A stretch of 59,803 nt of DNA, from positions 1-59,803 of IMG/VR virus record IMGVR_UViG_3300008261_000020, one strand, 5' to 3'. Source of the stretch: a virus. Taxonomy: Duplodnaviria > Caudoviricetes. Positions 56,349 through 59,803 of the stretch are shown here, piece after piece; position 1 is the stretch's first letter; each line of letters starts with the position of its first letter. Position numbers and translations under genes: made by a program. The notes beneath the pieces were generated by a model, which worked only from the letters and a program-made list of their open reading frames with translations, ran no database searches and was not told the origin of the DNA.

Positions 56349-56573
56349 ATGCAAGTTTACAGAATCAACACAACAGCCTACGAAGAAGAAGACTTTTATC
56401 TATTAACTGACCTTACAGAGCAAGACATTGTTGAGGTAATCAATCCACTTGTCATGCAAGAGCGTGACGGGTACGAAGAGTATGACAATGACATACTTTT
56501 AAACGCCCTAAAGAAACGTTTTCACAAGGCAAAAATCTTTATGTTCACAGACTTTGAAACATTAACATTCTAA
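56349..56573 (+). CDS. Hypothetical acidic protein
   Basis: Start moved to MQVYR after an AAATCAAATCAAA leader. Confidence 0.65.
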   Translation: MQVYRINTTAYEEEDFYLLTDLTEQDIVEVINPLVMQERDGYEEYDNDILLNALKKRFHKAKIFMFTDFETLTF

Positions 56574-56578
56574 ATCAA

Positions 56579-56776
56579 ATGGCACACATAAAAATTGAGA
56601 AGGACGAAGAGAGGATAAGCGTACAAGTGGAGGGCGTAGCAGGAGAACTTGCTGAGATTATGTACAAGGCAATACTAACTGAGCCAATGCTTGGGCTAAT
56701 TCTTATTGATGCAATGGAAAGGATAAGCAAGTTAGCAGAAAGAGATAATTTATTTAACGACATAAATCTAAATTAA
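56579..56776 (+). CDS. Hypothetical protein
   Basis: ORF in the operon. Confidence 0.65.
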   Translation: MAHIKIEKDEERISVQVEGVAGELAEIMYKAILTEPMLGLILIDAMERISKLAERDNLFNDINLN

Positions 56777-56777
56777 A

Positions 56778-57176
56778 ATGGAAGTAAACATCAAAACAAA
56801 AATCGAAAGAGAGGTGTTGGAGAACATCTTCGTAAATGCTCTTGAGGGTGGCAGTAACTATTGGTATTACATAACCGATAAGGAGTACAACAAGATAAGA
56901 CAAGCCGTACCAAAGAGCGAGGAGGAAGCATTCTCAATGGCTATGTTCAAGGCAATCTTTGACAAGGGAGTTGAGGTCTTTATCAATGACGCAGAGAATC
57001 CGGAGGAGGAGTTGGGTATGCTCAGTTACCAAATCATCAGTCAAAGACTTAATAGGTTGGCAAGCAATCCGCACTATGCCAAGTTCCTAACTGCTGAGAT
57101 AGAAGGCAACGGAGATGCTGAGACAAGCGATGCCATCTTCCAATTGTTAACCATGAACGACATCGTATTCGGATGA
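56778..57176 (+). CDS. Hypothetical phage protein
   Basis: ALEGGSNYW...DAETSDAIFQ....DIVFG. Confidence 0.7.
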   Translation: MEVNIKTKIEREVLENIFVNALEGGSNYWYYITDKEYNKIRQAVPKSEEEAFSMAMFKAIFDKGVEVFINDAENPEEELGMLSYQIISQRLNRLASNPHYAKFLTAEIEGNGDAETSDAIFQLLTMNDIVFG

Positions 57177-57394
57177 TACACGAATTCAAAACAGCAATAC
57201 CCGTCCACACTCCTCACGGAGAGGGACGGGCTATCCTTATCATTGACTACGGGTTGGATACCAATTCGGTGTGGATAGTAAGGCTATCGGGTGGACATAT
57301 CAAACACTATTACTCAGAAGACATACGCATGTATGACAATCCAATGAATGGTAATGAGTGGGATATTGACATACCAAAAAGTTGGAAGCAATAA
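57173..57394 (+). CDS. Hypothetical phage protein
   Basis: IPVHTPHGEG.A..IIDYG. Confidence 0.7.
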   Translation: MIHEFKTAIPVHTPHGEGRAILIIDYGLDTNSVWIVRLSGGHIKHYYSEDIRMYDNPMNGNEWDIDIPKSWKQ

Positions 57395-57412
57395 AAAAAT
57401 GTACTATCTTTG
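57381..57412 (+). promoter_or_regulatory. Bacteroidota promoter
   Basis: GTTG-N20-TATCTTTG. Confidence 0.7.
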
Positions 57413-57434
57413 TACGAAACTAAATCAAATTAAC

Positions 57435-57698
57435 ATGAAAGAATTTACAATGGAAGTCCCCTCAATGACGGGGATAAACACAAAGGAAGAGTTCATAAAC
57501 ACGGGCAGAATAGTTCCACGTCTTGTGTTTGAGAGCAAGTATCCGACAGAGTATTTACACGTGAACACTACTGATGTAGTGGTATATGCGGGAGGTAGCT
57601 ACATTCAAATGCTTAAGACAAAGGGTTTTATGTTGGACCACAAGGTCTATGTTAAACTTGACTTGGCAGAGGATGTATTGTGGGAAAATATTTCTTAA
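57435..57698 (+). CDS. Hypothetical protein
   Basis: Start moved to MKEFT downstream of the promoter. Confidence 0.65.
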   Translation: MKEFTMEVPSMTGINTKEEFINTGRIVPRLVFESKYPTEYLHVNTTDVVVYAGGSYIQMLKTKGFMLDHKVYVKLDLAEDVLWENIS

Positions 57699-57756
57699 AA
57701 AAAAGTGACGAGTATTAAACATATTAACTATATTCGTACACACTAATTTAATCAAA

Positions 57757-58059
57757 ATGAAGCAAGATGTTTTTAATCAGTATGTTGACAGGATAGTTGA
57801 CCTGTTTGGGATAACTAAGGAAGAGTTGTTTTCTAAGTCTAAGAAGAGGGAGATAGTTGATGCGAGGTATCTACTATACTACCTATGCTTCAAGCGTCCA
57901 ATGACCATAGTATACATTCAAAAGTATATGAAGGAGAGGGGCTACGACATACAACACTCATCGGTTATTCACGGAATAAACGATGTGTCAGACAGAGTTA
58001 AGGAGGACGCAGACTACATGCAAATCGTTAAGGAAATAGACAAGGCAGTATTCATTTAA
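57757..58059 (+). CDS. DnaA domain-IV-like HTH protein
   Basis: FGITKEELFSKSKKREIVDARYLLYYL...HSSVIHG. Confidence 0.75.
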   Translation: MKQDVFNQYVDRIVDLFGITKEELFSKSKKREIVDARYLLYYLCFKRPMTIVYIQKYMKERGYDIQHSSVIHGINDVSDRVKEDADYMQIVKEIDKAVFI

Positions 58060-58075
58060 ATCAAAATCAAATACA

Positions 58076-58660
58076 ATGGAATCAGTTTACGGAAAATTAT
58101 CAGCCATCAGTGTCAAGGACAAAATCGAAAGGAAGGGTAACCTTGACTACCTATCTTGGGCAAATGCTTGGGCTATGCTTAAGGCTATCTACCCCGATGC
58201 TCAGCGTAAGGTATACGAGAGCGACCACACGGGTCTTAATTACTTTACAGATGGTGTTACCGCCTACGTAAAGGTTGGTGTTATAGTGAACGACATCGAG
58301 CACATTGACTACCTACCCATCATGGACTTCAAGAACAATTCAATTCCTATCGGCAAGGTAACATCAACAGATGTAACCAAGTCTATTCAGCGTAGCACAG
58401 CCAAGGCTATTGCTATGCACGGATTGGGACTCAGCCTATGGACGGGCGAGGACGTTCCCGAAATCGTAAGCGAACCCAAGAAGGAGACGGCTCCTCAGTT
58501 GGTTGAACTTAAGAAGGGGACAGAAGCGTGGGACAGAGTTGTTGCATACGTAACAGCTAACAAAGGTCTTGGCATTGAGAAGATTGGTCAGCAGTTGAAT
58601 ACCAAGTACAAGATTAGCCCCGCCCTAAAGAAAGAGATTGTCGCACTACTAAAAGACTAA
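58076..58660 (+). CDS. Sak3/DUF1071-like single-strand annealing protein
   Basis: LDYLSWANAW...YPDA...LPIMD..N...IQRSTAKAIAMHGLGL.LW.GED. Confidence 0.8.
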   Translation: MESVYGKLSAISVKDKIERKGNLDYLSWANAWAMLKAIYPDAQRKVYESDHTGLNYFTDGVTAYVKVGVIVNDIEHIDYLPIMDFKNNSIPIGKVTSTDVTKSIQRSTAKAIAMHGLGLSLWTGEDVPEIVSEPKKETAPQLVELKKGTEAWDRVVAYVTANKGLGIEKIGQQLNTKYKISPALKKEIVALLKD

Positions 58661-58661
58661 C

Positions 58662-59396
58662 ATGCAAGACATAATAAATCAATTGAAAGATGACAACGAG
58701 TACTACAATGGTATGGGTAAATACTACCTATCCAATTCAGACATTGGTGTACTACTTAGTAACCCCAAAAATTTTAGGGTACAAAGAGAAGACAATAAAA
58801 GTTTTGCAGAAGGAAGACTATTCCATCAGCTACTCATCGAACCCGAGAAGGCGGAGGTTGTACCTAACGTGGACGTAAGCACACGAACTACGAAGGATTA
58901 CAAGAACTACTGTGCAGAGCACAGTGTTGACTTCTGTCTACTCACCAAGGAGGTCGAAGAGATTAAGAACCTTGTCAGCGTGATGAAAAGCAATATCTTA
59001 TTTTACGATGAGATATACAGACCCAATAACATCTACGAGCAACCAATGATAGCAGAAATAAAGGGGATGCAGTGGAAGGGCAAGGCTGATATAGTCACGG
59101 ATGATAGTATCATTGACCTCAAGACAACGTCTGACATAAACAAGTTCAGATATACTGCGAAGCAGTATAACTATGACTCCCAATGCTACATATATCAGCA
59201 GTTGTTCGGCAAGCCATTGGTATTCTATGTGATAGACAAGGCTACTGCACAGCTTGGGATATTCAGACCATCAGAAAACTTCATACGTGGCGGTGAGTTG
59301 AAAGTGGAGAAAGCTATTGAGGTATACAACAAGTACTTCAGCCCCAATCCAACGGACGACATCGCTAACTACTACATTGACGAGACACTTGATTAG
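58662..59396 (+). CDS. PD-(D/E)XK exonuclease (RecE/DUF3799-like)
   Basis: LSNSDI, GRLFH..LIEP, KGKAD, IDLKTT, YDSQ..IY. Confidence 0.8.
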   Translation: MQDIINQLKDDNEYYNGMGKYYLSNSDIGVLLSNPKNFRVQREDNKSFAEGRLFHQLLIEPEKAEVVPNVDVSTRTTKDYKNYCAEHSVDFCLLTKEVEEIKNLVSVMKSNILFYDEIYRPNNIYEQPMIAEIKGMQWKGKADIVTDDSIIDLKTTSDINKFRYTAKQYNYDSQCYIYQQLFGKPLVFYVIDKATAQLGIFRPSENFIRGGELKVEKAIEVYNKYFSPNPTDDIANYYIDETLD

Positions 59397-59411
59397 TGTC
59401 TTTGAAGACAC
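59396..59411. repeat. Dispersed palindrome GTGTCTTTGAAGACAC
   Basis: Begins at the last base of the stop codon. Confidence 0.9.
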
Positions 59412-59441
59412 CTTTTATTTTAACATTTAAAAAACAAAACA

Positions 59442-59723
59442 ATGGCAGAGCAAAAAGAAAAAACATTTGCAGATGGGTTCGTATTCAAGAGAAGAGAAGA
59501 CGCACCCGACTTCGTAGTTGGCAGAGTATCTGTTAAGGTGGACGAAGCCATCGCATTCCTACGTAACCATCAGAAGAATGGTTGGGTTAACTTGGACGTG
59601 AAGACTGCACGTAGTGGTAACTACTATATGGAGCTTGACACATTTGAACCAAAGGCTAAGGGTGAGGCGAAGCCTGAGCCAAAGGCTAAGAAAGAAGAGA
59701 TAGAAGAGAATCTTCCGTTCTAA
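59442..59723 (+). CDS. Putative single-stranded DNA-binding protein
   Basis: Small beta-rich domain with acidic tail EEIEENLPF, next to recombination genes. Confidence 0.65.
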   Translation: MAEQKEKTFADGFVFKRREDAPDFVVGRVSVKVDEAIAFLRNHQKNGWVNLDVKTARSGNYYMELDTFEPKAKGEAKPEPKAKKEEIEENLPF

Positions 59724-59742
59724 TCCATATTCTATACCAATT

Positions 59743-59768
59743 AAAGGGGGAATCTTCCCCCTTTTTTT
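59743..59768 (+). terminator. Intrinsic terminator
   Basis: AAAGGGGGAA-TC-TTCCCCCTTT hairpin with a T run. Confidence 0.8.
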
Positions 59769-59803
59769 AGCTTAATCCTATGACAGAAATGACAAAACAA
59801 TAC

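Noticed and set aside
3658-59411. Palindrome copies as a CRISPR array or IS ends
   Set aside because: Copies are hundreds to thousands of bases apart with no regular spacers; no cas or transposase genes and no target-site duplications were seen.
1-59803. Stop-codon reassignment
   Set aside because: Genes are long and tightly packed under the standard code; TAA, TAG and TGA all end genes and no suppressor tRNA is evident.

Overview
The window looks like a complete or nearly complete ~60 kb genome of a lytic, podovirus-type dsDNA phage infecting a Bacteroidota host. The host assignment rests on many TTTG-N20-TAnnTTTG promoters and A-rich leaders without Shine-Dalgarno sites. A plus-strand arm runs 51972-59803 and appears to continue at 1-7009. 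It carries early genes (amidoligase-like protein, GATase-II/GGCT fusion, small membrane proteins), recombination genes (Sak3-like, PD-(D/E)XK nuclease, SSB-like) and replication genes (primase-helicase, SF2 helicase, VRR-NUC). A minus-strand arm (51464-7004) carries GroEL/GroES, small basic proteins, lysis genes, fibres, terminase, portal, scaffold, major capsid, tail and internal virion proteins, including a 3080-aa giant. I recognised no DNA polymerase, RNA polymerase, integrase, canonical tRNA or CRISPR array. The most striking unannotated signals are: (1) four hammerhead ribozymes in gene junctions of the early operon, two canonical type III and two type I with an inverted U15.1-A16.1 core pair, followed by two tRNA-elbow-like RNAs, together suggesting a transcript-processing system; (2) a 16-bp palindrome GTGTCTT-YR-AAGACAC found at least 13 times, inside genes in three reading frames as well as between genes; (3) an HhH glycosylase-like domain bracketed by 79-aa direct repeats in the giant virion protein; (4) two copies of an origin-like AT-rich element. 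All calls come from reading motifs by eye; no database searches were run.
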